DNA from: Basidiobolus meristosporus CBS 931.73
Lineage: Eukaryota; Fungi; Basidiobolomycota
NCBI GenBank assembly: GCA_002104905.1
Contig: MCFE01000497.1
Coordinates: 2,555 to 66,554 of the forward strand
Length of the DNA: 64,000 bases
Reading direction: 5' to 3'
Position numbers and translations under genes: made by a program. Shown here piece by piece: positions 1 through 12,245 of the stretch. The notes beneath the pieces were generated by a model. It did not search any database, was not told where the DNA came from, and saw nothing but the letters and a program-made list of their open reading frames with translations. Position 1 is the stretch's first letter. Every line of letters begins with the position of its first letter.

Positions 1-686
1 AAAAACAAAACAATCCCCCATCGATCCTCGCCAATGAATTCGCTCCCATAACAAATCTGATCCATTTCAATGGTCCGCTCGCCTTTGCCCTCGCACTTCG
101 GTAAGTGGGTGGCTCATGCCTAGTGACCACCCCCCGTCTCGTTTCTCTTGGGCACTCTACGTAATCACCATATGCAATGAATCTTTATCTCGGGGAAGGT
201 CGTGGGTAGATTTCCAAAGGATCCCCGAGTACAGGTTATGCTCTCGGGAAATGTCAAGTATGTGTGCGTTGGTGTACCTAATAGACTCATTCAGGCAATT
301 GTCATGCATGTGTATAGTGTGAATCTCTAAGCTATCAGAAAGGACTCCTAGCTCTCCTTTATTGATTTGTTGAGTAGACATGTTGACTTCAATGATTTGC
401 CACTTTAGGTCACTCCTAGTTATATGAACCCTTTCATTGCACCAACCATGTGATCTTTTCAGCTGGCTTGCCTGCCAAAGCAAGTAGATCAGGCAGTCAA
501 GCCTACCATACCTTATGGTTCCCCCTTCATTGTGTATGCAACTTACAAAGCACCTTGCAGAAGTCTACCATAATTGTCCATTAGTGCTATATTTTGATTC
601 TTTATCCTGATAGCCTTTCTGACCACCAAACCATGGAAAATACATCCCAAATAGTAGAAGGGCAAGTGTTTGTTGCAAGTATGGAA

Positions 687-1035
687 TGTTGCAATATTCT
701 GAGGAGTATTGGAAGTGATGTGGAGAACTAGAGGATTTACATGTTATTCACTTGTAGATTTATTGATCAAAAGTATGGTATTTATACTTTTGATAAAGTA
801 GAGGAAACAAACGTGTAGAGTTTGCTAAGGAAGGTCCCAAGAATATGTGTGCAAAGTTTGGGGTCTTTTGGACGACTTTGAGAAAAATAATAATCTGGGT
901 ACCTGACAATTTGGTGAAAATATTCTAAGTAAATCCCGACAAGAAATCTAGTCAGGACAGAATGCTAATCACAGAATAAGATCTATGTGACTAAGTTAGC
1001 ATGAATATTTAGGTGACAATTCAATAATTACAACA
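687..1035 (-). mobile_element. Copia-type solo LTR (diverged subfamily)
   Basis: TGTTGCAA...TTACAACA termini, 349 bp, perfect 5-bp TSD TGGAA (682-686 / 1036-1040); similar to the copia LTRs at 7911 and 12246. Confidence 0.85.
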
Positions 1036-1154
1036 TGGAAGGCATGCTTTTCAGTGAGCCAGCCTTAAGATCTATGCTCATGGTGTTATTGGCAGATTCC
1101 AGCAATGCTTTTGATGTATTGCCTATCTGTATGAGAATTAGGATTTGGTACTGC

Positions 1155-1790
1155 TGCTGTAACTTATAAGAGTTCTGAAGATATTGGAACTGATTGGAAG
1201 AATATTTTGATTATGTAGTTTTCACTGATTGATTTACTAAATTAAAAGTGGAGCTTATACTATGCATGGTCTTAGCAAAAAAAAAGCGCAAAGAAAATGC
1301 CTATGAAGGTCCCAGGAAAATGTGCGCAAATGCTTTGGATAACTTTGCGATTTTTCATGTTGTGGGTGTTGTGTCTTGGAGGTATTGCAAGTGATTGGGA
1401 GGGCAAGTAGATTATGTGGTTTTTACTTAATGATTTAATGAATGCAAAAGTAGTATTTGTACCTTTACATGGTCTTGGCATAACAAACACATAGAATAGG
1501 TTTAGGAAGGTCCCAAGAGCATGGGGGCAAATATTAGGGCACTTTGGACAACCCATCAAATTTTCATGTTCTGCACCTGATGTTTTGGTGAAAATATTCT
1601 AAGTAAATCCAAGAAAGGAACTTGGTCAGTATTCTCTAAGATTTTTAGGTGATGATCTAAGTGACTAAGTTAGGTAAATACTTAGATGGAATTACAAATT
1701 TTTACAACAGTGGGTACCTGATATTTTGGAAAAAATATGTCAGGCAAGTCCCAACAAAGAATTTGACCAGAGTTCTCTAACTCTTGCAGA
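1155..1790 (-). mobile_element. Older copia LTR interrupted by a younger solo LTR
   Basis: LTR-like sequence on both sides of 1367-1709 joins as ...ttttcatgttGTGGGtacctg..., as in intact LTRs; outer boundaries approximate. Confidence 0.6.
1367..1709 (-). mobile_element. Copia solo LTR nested in another LTR
   Basis: TGTTG...TTACAACA with perfect TSD GTGGG (1362-1366 / 1710-1714). Confidence 0.85.
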
Positions 1791-1984
1791 CGAATCTTGA
1801 AATATTGTAGCAGGGTATATTTGGTTAAATCCCAAATCTTTAAAGAGCTTTCTTAGCCACACTGCTTCCTATGCAGCCTTGCAGGCTACCATATACTCTG
1901 CTACTGCAGTTCAAAGTTCTACAGTTGGTTGTTGTCTTGAATATTTTGAGATTGCTCCTTTACAGTCCCAATGAGAGTTATGTT

Positions 1985-2416
1985 GTAATAACTTGTATTG
2001 CACCTAAACATTTGACTAGCTTATTCACCTAGATCACTATCTACAATTCTTAGAGAACTTTGATCAAATTTCTTGTAAGGCTTTACTTAGAATAATATCA
2101 ATAACCATAAGGTGCTAGAACATGCAATTGTGATAGGTTGTCCTAACACCCCCAAACTTGGCACACATGATCATGGAATCTCCTAAAGATACTCTGCATG
2201 CTTGTTTTGCCATGACCATATCAAATTACAAAGACTACTTTCCCATACAATAGAATCATTAATTGAAAACCACACATTCCACTTGTTCTCCCAATCACTT
2301 CCAATATCTCCAAAACCCTGACATCAGGTTATGAGCTCTGACCTGTCACTCCCTAAAATGTTGCTACTGCTTTTAATGGAGCTTTTCTCTCTGTGAAAAA
2401 GTTGGATGGATCTTAC
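1985..2416 (+). mobile_element. Degenerate copia 5' LTR, PBS and start of gag
   Basis: LTR-like sequence, PBS GGTTATGAGCTC at 2327-2338, then gag-start homology (aaaagttggatggatct) cut by the next element; left boundary approximate. Confidence 0.6.
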
Positions 2417-5400
2417 AGTTGTAAAAGTTTGTAATTCAACCTAAATATTGACCTAACTTAGTCACTTAAATCATTGCCTTCAAATCCTAGAGAATACTGA
2501 CCAAATTCCTTGTTGGGATTTACTTAGAATATTTACCCAGAACATGAAAATTCTCAAAGTTGTCCAAACAGCCCCAAACTCTGCACACCTGCTCTTGGGG
2601 CCTTTCTTAACCTATTCTACATGCTTGTTATGCCAAGATCATGTAAAAGTATAAATACCACTTTCACATTCAATAAATCATTAAGTGAAAGCCACATAAT
2701 CAACTTGTCCTCCCAATTACTTCCAATATCTCCAAGACTCTTACAACAGGTTATGAGCCCCAAGCTGTCACTCTCTGCAATGTCTACTACTGCTATTACT
2801 GGAACTTTTCTCACCACTGAAAAGTTGGATGGATCTAACTACCAAATGTGGAAGGTGAAGATGAAGATGCTGCCACAAGAAAGAGGCCTTTGGGATATTG
2901 TCATGGGAGAAGAATGCCCTTTTAAATGCATGGGAGAGGAAGCCTTAAAGTACCAGATAAAAGAACAAAGGGCCTTTAACTGCATTTGCCTTAATGTTAA
3001 AGATAAATTTCTAATTCAATGCTCAAGAGCAAAAACAGCAAAAAATGCCTGAAAAGCATTAGAAGACACCTACCAGTCATGTTCAGCTGCTAAGAAAATG
3101 TATCTGAGACAAAAATTCTTTATTACAAAGATGTAGCCAGGAGAAGAAATGAAAAATCTAATTATCAGAATTACACTGCTGGTAGATGAGATGGAATCTG
3201 TGGGCATACTAGCTACTGATGAGGATGTGATAGTTACCAGCCTGAATAGCCTGACAGTCAAGTCTCAGGGCCTTGTATCAGCCCTAGAGTCCAGAACTGA
3301 AGATTTGACCTTAAATTACATATATGGAAGGTTCCTGGATGAAGAATTAAGAGAATCAAGCACCAATAAGAAGAAGTAGAAGAAGAAAATGCTTTAATAA
3401 GCAGTGATAACTAACAAGGGAGGTACCCAAGACCCTACAAAGGCAACAGCAACCTGTTTTGCAACTACTGCAAAAGGAAAGGACACACATCAGACAGGTG
3501 TCTCAAAAAGAGAGATAATCAGCAAAAGAAGCCTGAATATAGGTTTGCTACAACAACTGAAGATAGACTATTCATATCTGCACTAAAAATGACCACAAAC
3601 AAGGATTCTCAGACATGGTATATTGACTCTGGAGCATCACAACACTTTAGACACCAAAACACAGTTTTACCCAATATCAAGAAACTCCAATTAAGAAGGT
3701 TTTCATGGGTGACAATAGATCACTTGATCCAGTGGGAGAAGGAACTCTCCAAGTAAACCTCAAAAGCAGTGAAGGAAGCCATACACTGACCTTTAAAGAA
3801 GTACTCTATGTATCTGAAATAGCCAAGAACCTACTATATGTAAGCAGGGTCACAGCATAGGGACTCAGTTTTGGCTTTGATAATTGTGGATGCAGGATCA
3901 CTGATCAAAATGGTGCCCATATTGCTTTGGGTATCAGAGATGAAAATCTATGCAAGTTGATTTATATTCCATCATATCTGGAAGCCAATATAAGTAACTT
4001 AAATGAAGAAGCACCAATGCTTTGGCACCAAAGATTTGGACGCATCAATTTGATTATTTGTGCAAAATGAGCAAAGATCAGCTAATTTCCGGAGTAAAAA
4101 TTGATCCCCCAGCTAATTTGGAGCACTGTGAGCCCTGCATATATGGGAAATAAGCCAGACAACCATTCAAGAGCTCTGGGTTAATTGAAGATAAGAAAAA
4201 ATTAGATCCAATTCACTCAAATCTTTGTGGACCTATGCAAAATATATCCTTAGGTGGGATGAAGTATTTATTCACTTTTATTGATGATTATACTAGATAC
4301 ACATGGGTCAACTTTATGGAGAGAAAGGAAGAAGCTCTGTCTTAGTTCAGGGAGTTTAAAGTCATGGTGGAGAGAGAAACTGGAGAAAAAATCTAGTAAA
4401 TACAGTTGGAAAATGGTGGAGAATATACCACAAAACTCTTCATCCACTTCTGCAAAATTCATGGGATAAAGCAAGACACTACTGTACCATACTCTCCACA
4501 GCAAAATGGAGTAGCAGAACATGCATACAGATCAATAATTGATATGGCAAGATCTATGTGTTGTAGGAGTCTTGGAGATATTGGAAGTGATTGGGAAAGC
4601 AAGTAGATTGTGTGGTTTTCACTTAATGATTGAATGAATGTAAAAGTAGTATTTATACTCTTACATGATCTTGGCATAACAAATATGTAGAGTAGGCTAA
4701 GGAAGGTCCCAAGAACAAGTGTGCAAATTTTGGGGCTGTTTTGACAACTTTGAGAATTTTCATGCTCTGGGTACCTGTTATTTTGGTGAATATACTTGAA
4801 GTAAATCCCAACAAGGAATTTGGTCAGTATTCTCTGAGATTTGTAGGTAGTGATGTAAGTGACTAAGTTAGGTGAGTATTTAGATGGAATTCCAAGTTCT
4901 TTTACAACACTATGATCCATGATCAAAAGTTATCCTATGATTTTGGGCAGAATCAGTTGCCACAGCTGTATACCTTTAAATAGGAGTTATAACAGAATAC
5001 TTTGTGATTCTACTCTATTTGAAGCATGTTGTGGATACAGACCAAGTGCAGAACATCTAATAATATTTGGGTGTACAGCATATGCTAAGAAACTGCCTGG
5101 AAATCAGGTAAAATGTGAGCCAAAAAGTGTAAAATGCATCTTTTTAGACTACTGCAATGAGAGTAAAGCATACAGACTCTACAATAATGAAGCAAAGAAG
5201 CTAATCAAGTCCAGAGATGTGTTATTTGATGAAAGTTCTAAATTTTCACAAAAAATGACATCAGATGATGACAAAAATTTGATCCCAAGTCCACCAACAG
5301 TCAGGATTGAATCAGAGCAAAACAATGAGAGCTTTTTCACTCCAGAGGCCTCTAAAACCATGGTTCATCCAGAATCAGTGCCCAGGAATATCCCAGATGT

Positions 5401-5661
5401 GATCATTCTAATGCCAGATGCCAGGAGATCCAACCAGACAAGAAATAGCTCCAATTACTATATCAATGAGGGTGCAAACTTAGCCTTTGCCTATTCAGTC
5501 CATATTAATGAACCCCAGACTGTAAAAGAGGCCCTAAGTAGTATTTGGATAAGGTTTTGGAGGTCTGCAATGACTAAGGAATATCAGGCCCTGATGGAAA
5601 ATCAAACTTGGGACTTAGTCAAATTACCAATCAACCAAAAATCAATTGGATACAGATGGGT
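2417..5661 (+). mobile_element. Truncated Ty1/copia retrotransposon (5' LTR 2417-2748, gag-protease-integrase-start of RT pseudogene)
   Basis: LTR then PBS GGTTATGAGCCC; ORF pieces with copia gag (LDGSNYQMWKVKM), integrase (PQQNGVAE) and RT start (ENQTWDLV); many stops; broken at ~5661 by a CACTA end. Confidence 0.9.
4559..4909 (-). mobile_element. Copia solo LTR inserted antisense into the integrase of its own family
   Basis: TGTTGTAG...TTACAACA, perfect TSD CTATG (4554-4558 / 4910-4914). Confidence 0.92.
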
Positions 5662-8259
5662 CCTGTATGAAAGATAATTTGGCCCTGCATGTGGATCCAA
5701 TTCAGATCAACCATCAGGATCCCATTTAGAGACCATCTTAGTACTAGCAGCTTGGAATTAGTGACCCTCTTAACAATCTTATGATGGGATTACAATGGTG
5801 TTTTGCTAATTCTACCACCAAATAAAGGGATAAACTTGACAATATTTTATTGGTGCTGTGACAATAATTGCATGGTATTGTTGTAGTCTTTTGGCACTCT
5901 ACAACTATTTCAAGTGGATCCAACTGGCCAGGACATCCAATTGCCATATATGATAAGAAACCTGATGGTATTTTGATGGCCTCACTGCAAGATGCTTATG
6001 GCATTATATTGGCAGTATGATGGCCTACAGCTGGCTCTTTATAATGCTACTATACCAATTTACCACATGGTATTTCCTTTTTCTACCTCCCATTGTGCAA
6101 TTCATATATTCCACTGTAGAATCACCCCTCTCTATTTGCTTACCCACTACTACCTTGGGTACTCCACATATAGTTTGAATCAAAAAGAAAACCATGGCCT
6201 CCTGCTTACTAACCTCTACAAATGCGCACACCTGCCACAATTGACATACTTCTATCAACTCAACTTTATGGCTTTTAAGTGTGATACTTGCAAAGTTGCC
6301 ATATACCTTGTACTGCTGGTAACATATACATCTTGCAAACATATGCTTGGTTGTAGCCACATCTGCCATGAATACCTCCTGAATATCCGCAAAGAACATC
6401 TTGGTATTTCACCAATATATTCCTTCTCCATGCTGGATTCTAGTCCCCCTTAAAGGTGCACTCTGGCTTTTGTTTGTGCAAATTCTGTATTAAATGGTGT
6501 AGAAGTTGGCTTGTGACCAAGAGAAATCTGGCATACCTTGATAGAGTTTTCTTAATAAAAATTAGCTGCTTGTTGCACCCAACCCAACTTTGCATTACAT
6601 AACTTATTACCCACACATTGGGGCTGCTTAGCTTCTCAATGCCATTGGCATAGGTGTCTCCATGTGCACATTTGTCCTCAGTATTTTCCAACTCTTCCTG
6701 GCTGTCCTTCTTGTGCCAACTCATCAAGTCCATGACAGACTTGAAAGTAATATTCTGGATGAGATTGGGATATGGTAATAACCGCAACTTGACTTGTCTT
6801 CCTATCTCCCCACACATCTGCTCCATAGGAAACTCCCAAAAGGTGAAGTAAGGCCCAATATTCTCAACACACCAAGCAAGATGGAGTAGCAAATGGATAC
6901 AGTAGTGGCAGATATCTATATGTTCAGCTTTATGTTTGTAGTATAGCCACTCAAATCCTGTCACAAACTCTTTGCGCAACAGCTGTAGATGTGTCAAGTT
7001 GGCATTGGTGATCTGCTTCTGGATAAATATTCCTATAGTGTCCACATATGATTCCCAATGCTTCTAGTGTACACTTGGTAGGAATGTGTTCAGAACACTA
7101 CTTGTATGAATACATATCCAGTTCATCCAGTCTTTGCATTTGCATTGTTGCATATGCATATGAATATAAACTGGAGCCTGTGAGAAGTACTTGGGGTAGT
7201 GGATACTCTGTGATATCTTGTCAATTCTTTCAAATTTCTCCGGTATCACAAAGGGCTTTTTAGCTTGAAATGCCCCATGTACAACTTGGTAAATAGTACA
7301 GGGATATAGTTGCAAAAGCAAATGCATTGCTCCCAGTGGAAAGCTTTTGTTCCAACTGATACCCTCTATCTTAAGTATCTCTGGTTTCCAATTGACTCCA
7401 TATTCTAGCCAATGGCTTATAGCTTGCAAACTTTGCTGCAATTGCATGCTGACTTCTGTATGTTCTCTCTGTGGAAAGATGATGTTCTTAGTGCTGGTGT
7501 TTGGGTAATTATAATGTGTGTGAGCTGTGGAGTAAGTCCCCTGGATCTCACACATTTGACAGCAATACCATCCCTTATGCTTGGAAGAACCTGCTATCTT
7601 GCTGATGGTTGGGGTATCTCCAATGCAGATAATAATAGGCACTTTTACATGACAGTCACTTACTGTTATCCCACTGGAAAGCATACAAAATTTATCCAGC
7701 AATGGATACAGGTAGCTATCCAGGTTGGATGGTGATTTAGGCCCAAATACCAGTGAGACTACCATCAAATTATTGCTCTGATACAGTAAGATGAGTGGCA
7801 GATTCAGATTGATGAGAATCAGTGGCTGGCAGGATTTGCTGTTAGAGTACTTGTTTAACAAGAATCCATCAAGTGCTAAAGCAAAGGCATGGTCATACAT
7901 ACCTTCAAGGTGTTGTAAGAGTCTTGGAGATATTGGAAGTGATTTGGAGAACAAGTAGATTATGTGGTTTTCACTTAATGATTTATTGAATGTAAAAGTA
8001 GTATTTATACTTTTACCTGGTCTTGGAATTACAAACACATAGAATAGGCTAAGGAAGGTCCCAAGAACATGTGTGCAAAGTTTGGGGCTGTTTGGACAAC
8101 TTTGAGAATTTTCATATTCTGGGTACCTGGCATTTTGGTGAAAATATTCTAAGTAAATCCCGACAAGGAATTTAGTCAGTATTCTCTAGGATTTGAAGGT
8201 GATGATCTAAGTGACTAAGTTAGGTGAATATTTAGGTGGAAATACAAATTTTTACAACA

Positions 8260-8272
8260 CTCCCACTCAGCT
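8260..8272 (-). promoter_or_regulatory. Copia polypurine tract (AGCTGAGTGGGAG)
   Basis: Abuts the 3' LTR start; same motif at 59998-60010. Confidence 0.85.
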
Positions 8273-11200
8273 AAATGTTCATACTGACTAGTCCTAATTT
8301 TGACCTAAGATATTCAAACTTGTCTCTAGCTAATGGTTTGGTAAATATGTCTGCAATCATTTCATCTGTAGGACAGTAAACTAAGCTAACTAAGTTATTC
8401 TCTATAGCTTCACGTATGAAATGATGTCTAATATCTATGTGCTTGGTTCTAGCATGAAAAGTTGGATTTCTACCTAATTGCATACATCCTTGATTATCTT
8501 GAAATAAAGTAATAGGCGTTTTTTGACATAGGCCTAAATCTGTTAAGAGTTTTCTTAACCACATTGCTTCTTTTGTAGCTTCACAGACTGCCATATACTC
8601 TGCCTCTGTAGTAGAAAGTGCTACGGTTGGTTGCTTTCTTGAATTCCATGAAATTGCTCCTTTACAGTAAAGAAAGGTATATCCTGTGGTGGAACTTCTG
8701 TCTTCCAAATTTTGTCCCCAATCAGCATCAGAGTATCCCGCAAGATCCTGTTCTGAGTCCTTATAAGTGTATCTTAAGCAGATATCAGCAGTTCCTTTTA
8801 GGTATCTAAAAATCCGCTTAACTGCTGCAATATGATCAGATCCATAGTTCTGATTATGTTGGCTGACAACTCCCACTGAATATGAGATATCTGGACGTGT
8901 TCCAAGCATGATATACATCAGACTGCCGACCATAAATTGATAAGGAAAGTCAGGGCTTTCAGATGGCACCAAGCTCTCTCGATTTGGTTGAGTTTTGACC
9001 AAGTTAAGGTTTGTCTCCATTGGGGTAGCTGCCGGTTTACAGTCTTCCATTTTGTACTTCTTTAGTATATCTTGAATATACTTGGATTGGCTTAGGGTGA
9101 TGGTCTGGGTACTTCTGTCTATGGAGAACTTAATCCCTAAGTAGTAACTAAGTTCTCCTAGATTGGACATCTTCAACTCCTTAGATAGGTCAGATTCAGT
9201 CTCTTCCAATGTTTCTAGGTTATTGGCGGCTATAATAAGATCATCCACATATAGAGCTAATAGAACTGGATTTGCTCTATCTGGCTTATAGTATATACTA
9301 TAGTCAGCATTACTTCTTTTGAAACTCAAAGATTCCAAATAAGAATCTATCTTGCAATTCCAGGCTCTTGGTGATTGTTTGAGACCATATAGTGACTTTT
9401 TAAGCTTGCAGACCAAATGGGGGTTATCTTGGTCAACAAGCCCATCAGGCTGGTCCATATACACATCCTCATCAAGTTCTCCATTCAAAAATGCAGTTTT
9501 TACATCCATTTGATGAATAAAAAACTTATATTTGGCTGTAATAGCCAATATTAATCTGATGGAATTAAACTTGGCTACCGGGGCAAAGGTCTCAGTATAG
9601 TCAAGTCCTTTTGTTTGAGAGTATCCTTTGGCTACAAGTCTTGCTTTGTATCTTTCAATTGTACCATCAGCCTTGTATTTTGTCTTGAAGACCCATCTGC
9701 ATCCAATTGATTTTTGGTTGATTGGTAATTTGACTAAGTCCCAAGTTTGATTTTCCATCAGGGCCTGATATTCCTCAGTCATTGCAGATCTCCAAAACTT
9801 TGTCTGAGGGCTATTTAGGGCCTCTTTTACAGTCTGGGGTTCATCAATATGGACTGAGTAGGCATAGGCTAAGTTTGTACCCTCATTGATATAGTAATTT
9901 GGGCTATTTCTTGTCTGATTTGATCTCCGGGCATTTGATACTGGAACAATCACTTCTGGGATATTACTGGGCACTGATTCTGGCTGAACCACGGTTGTAG
10001 AGTCCTCTGGAGTGAAAAAATTTTCATTGTTTTGCTCTGATTCAATCCTGACCATTGGTGGACTTGAGATCAAATTTCCGTCATCATCTGATGTCATTTT
10101 TTGTGAAAATTTTGAATTTTCATCAAACAACACATCCCTGGACTTGATAAGCTTCTTTGCTTTGGTATTGTAGAGTCTGTATGCCTTACTCTCATTGCAG
10201 TAGCCCAAAAATATGCATTTTACACTTATTGGCTCAAATTTTGACTGATTTCCGGCCAGTTTTTTGGCATATGCTGTACACCCAAATATTCTTAGATGTT
10301 CTGCACTTGGTCTGTATCCATACCATGCTTCAAATGGAGTATAATCACGAAGTATTCTGTTATAACTCCTATTTTTAAGATATACAGTAGTGGCAACTGA
10401 TTCCGCCCAAAAATCATAGGATAATTTTGGATCATGGATCATAGATCTTGCCATATCAATTATTGATCTGTTAGCTTGTTCTGCTACTCCATTTTGCTAT
10501 GGGGAGTATGGTACAGTAGTCTCTTGCTTTATCCCATGAATTTTGCAGAAGTGGATGGAGAGTTTTGAGGTATATTCTCCACCATTGTCAGAGCGTATTT
10601 TCTTGATTTTTCCACCAGTTTCTCTCTCCACCATGGCTTTAAACTCCCTGAGCTTAGACAGAGCTTCTTCCTTTCTCTCCATGAAGTAGACCCATGTGTA
10701 TCTTGTATAATCATCAATAAAAGTGATTAAACACTTCATCCCGCCTAAGGATAAATTTTGCATAGGTCCACACAGATCTGAGTGAATTAGATCTAATTTT
10801 TTCTTAGTTTTGATTAACCCAGAGCTCTTGAACGGTTGTCTGGCTTGTTTCTCATATATGCAGGCTTGACAGTGCTCCAAATTAGCTGGGGGATCAATTT
10901 TCACTCCAGAAATTAGCTGATCTTTGATCATTTTACGCAAATAATCAAAATTGATGTGTCCAAATCTCCTGTGCCAAAGCATTGGTGTTTCTTCATTTAA
11001 GTTACTTATATTGGCTTCCAGATATGATGGAATATAAGTCAACTTGTATAGATTCTGATCTCTGATGCCCAAAGCAATATGGGCACCATTTTGATCAGTG
11101 ATCCTGCATCCAGAATTGTCAAAACTGAAACTGAGTCCTTCTGCTGTGGCCTTGCTTACAGAGAGTAGGTTCTTGGCTATTTCTGGTACATAGGGTACTT

Positions 11201-12240
11201 CTTTAAAGGTCAGTGTATGGCTTCCTTCACTGCTTCTAAGGTTTACTTGGATAGTCCCTTCTCCCACTGCATCAAGTGTTCTATCGTCACCCATGAAAAC
11301 CTTCTTAATTGGAATTTCTTGATATTGGGTAAAAAGTTCTTTTTGGTGTGTAAAGTGTTGAGAAGCTCCAGAGTCAATATACCACGTCTGAGAATCCTTG
11401 TTTGTGGTCATATTTAGTGCAGATATGAAAAGTCTATCTTCAGTTGTTGCAGCATTTCCATATTCAGGCTTCTTTTGCTGATAAACTCTCTTTTTGAAAC
11501 ACCGGTCTGATGTGTGTCCTTTCCTTTTGCAGTAGTTGCAAAATAGGTTGCTGTTGCCTTTGTAGGGTCTTGGGTACCTCCTTTGTTGGTTATCATTGCT
11601 TATTAAAGCATTTCTTCTTCCTTCTTATTGGCGCTTGATTTTCTTAATTCTTCATCCAGGAGCCTTCCATATACATAAGTTAAGGTCAAATCTTCAGTTC
11701 TGGACTCTAGGGCTGATACAAGGCCCTGAAACCTGTCTGTCAGGCTATTCAGGATGGTAACTATCACATCCTCATCAGTAGTTGGTACGCCCACAGATTC
11801 CATCTCATCTACCAGCAGGGTAATTCTGTTAATTAGATTTTTCATTTCTTCTCCTGGCAGCATCTTTGTAGTAAAGAATTTTCTTCTCAGATACATTTTC
11901 TTGGCAGCTGAACATGACTGGAAGGTGTCTTTTAATGCCTTCCAGGCATTCTTTGCCGTTTTTGCTCTTGAGCATTGAATTAGCAATTTGTCTTTGACAT
12001 TAAGGCAAATGCAGTTAAAGGCACTTTGTTCTTTCTTCTGGTACTTTAAGGCTTCCTCTCCCACGTTTTTAGGAGGGCATTCTTCTCCCATGACAATATC
12101 CCAAAGGCCTCTTTCTTGTAGCAGCATCTTCATCTTCACCTTCCACACTTGGTAGTTAGATCCATCCAACTTTTCAGCAGAGGGAAAAATTCCAGTAATA
12201 GCAGTAGTAGACATTGCAGAGAGTGACAGCTTGGGGCTCA
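8271..12240 (-). pseudogene. Copia gag-pol (gag, CCHC knuckle, protease, integrase, RT, RNase H) with one frameshift and one nonsense codon
   Basis: CNYCKRKGHTSDRC knuckle, WYIDSGAS protease, DNGGEY integrase, LYVDD RT, YSDADW/RTKHIDIR RNase H. One A lost at ~11611-11613; CAG>TAG at 10497-10499. Confidence 0.95.
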
Positions 12241-12245
12241 TAACC
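12234..12245 (-). promoter_or_regulatory. Primer-binding site GGTTATGAGCCC (half-tRNA-iMet type)
   Basis: Directly after the 5' LTR; complementary to the anticodon stem-loop GGGCUCAUAACC of initiator tRNA, as in Ty5 and Drosophila copia. Also at 2749-2760 and, variant, at 56026. Confidence 0.9.

Noticed and set aside
157-483. LINE endonuclease (APE) domain in the 108-aa minus ORF
   Set aside because: Only a vague N...CL.E spacing; no supporting RT or other catalytic motifs nearby.
2621-2748. Gag start at ATGs inside the LTR (ML/FVMPR...)
   Set aside because: These ATGs lie upstream of the LTR's TATA-like tataaata and are unlikely to be on the genomic RNA.
5992-6453. Short ORFs repeated in several places (e.g. 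5992-6453, 6025-6399, 19253-19874, 26338-26610, 27240-27512, 45070-45514, 48665-49068) as novel genes
   Set aside because: They are antisense or off-frame readings of repeated TE or LTR sequence, with stops at different places in each copy.
11596-11615. Programmed frameshift between copia gag and pol
   Set aside because: The two other copies (near 3385 and 56657) have the extra A and are in frame, so this is a lesion or sequencing error.
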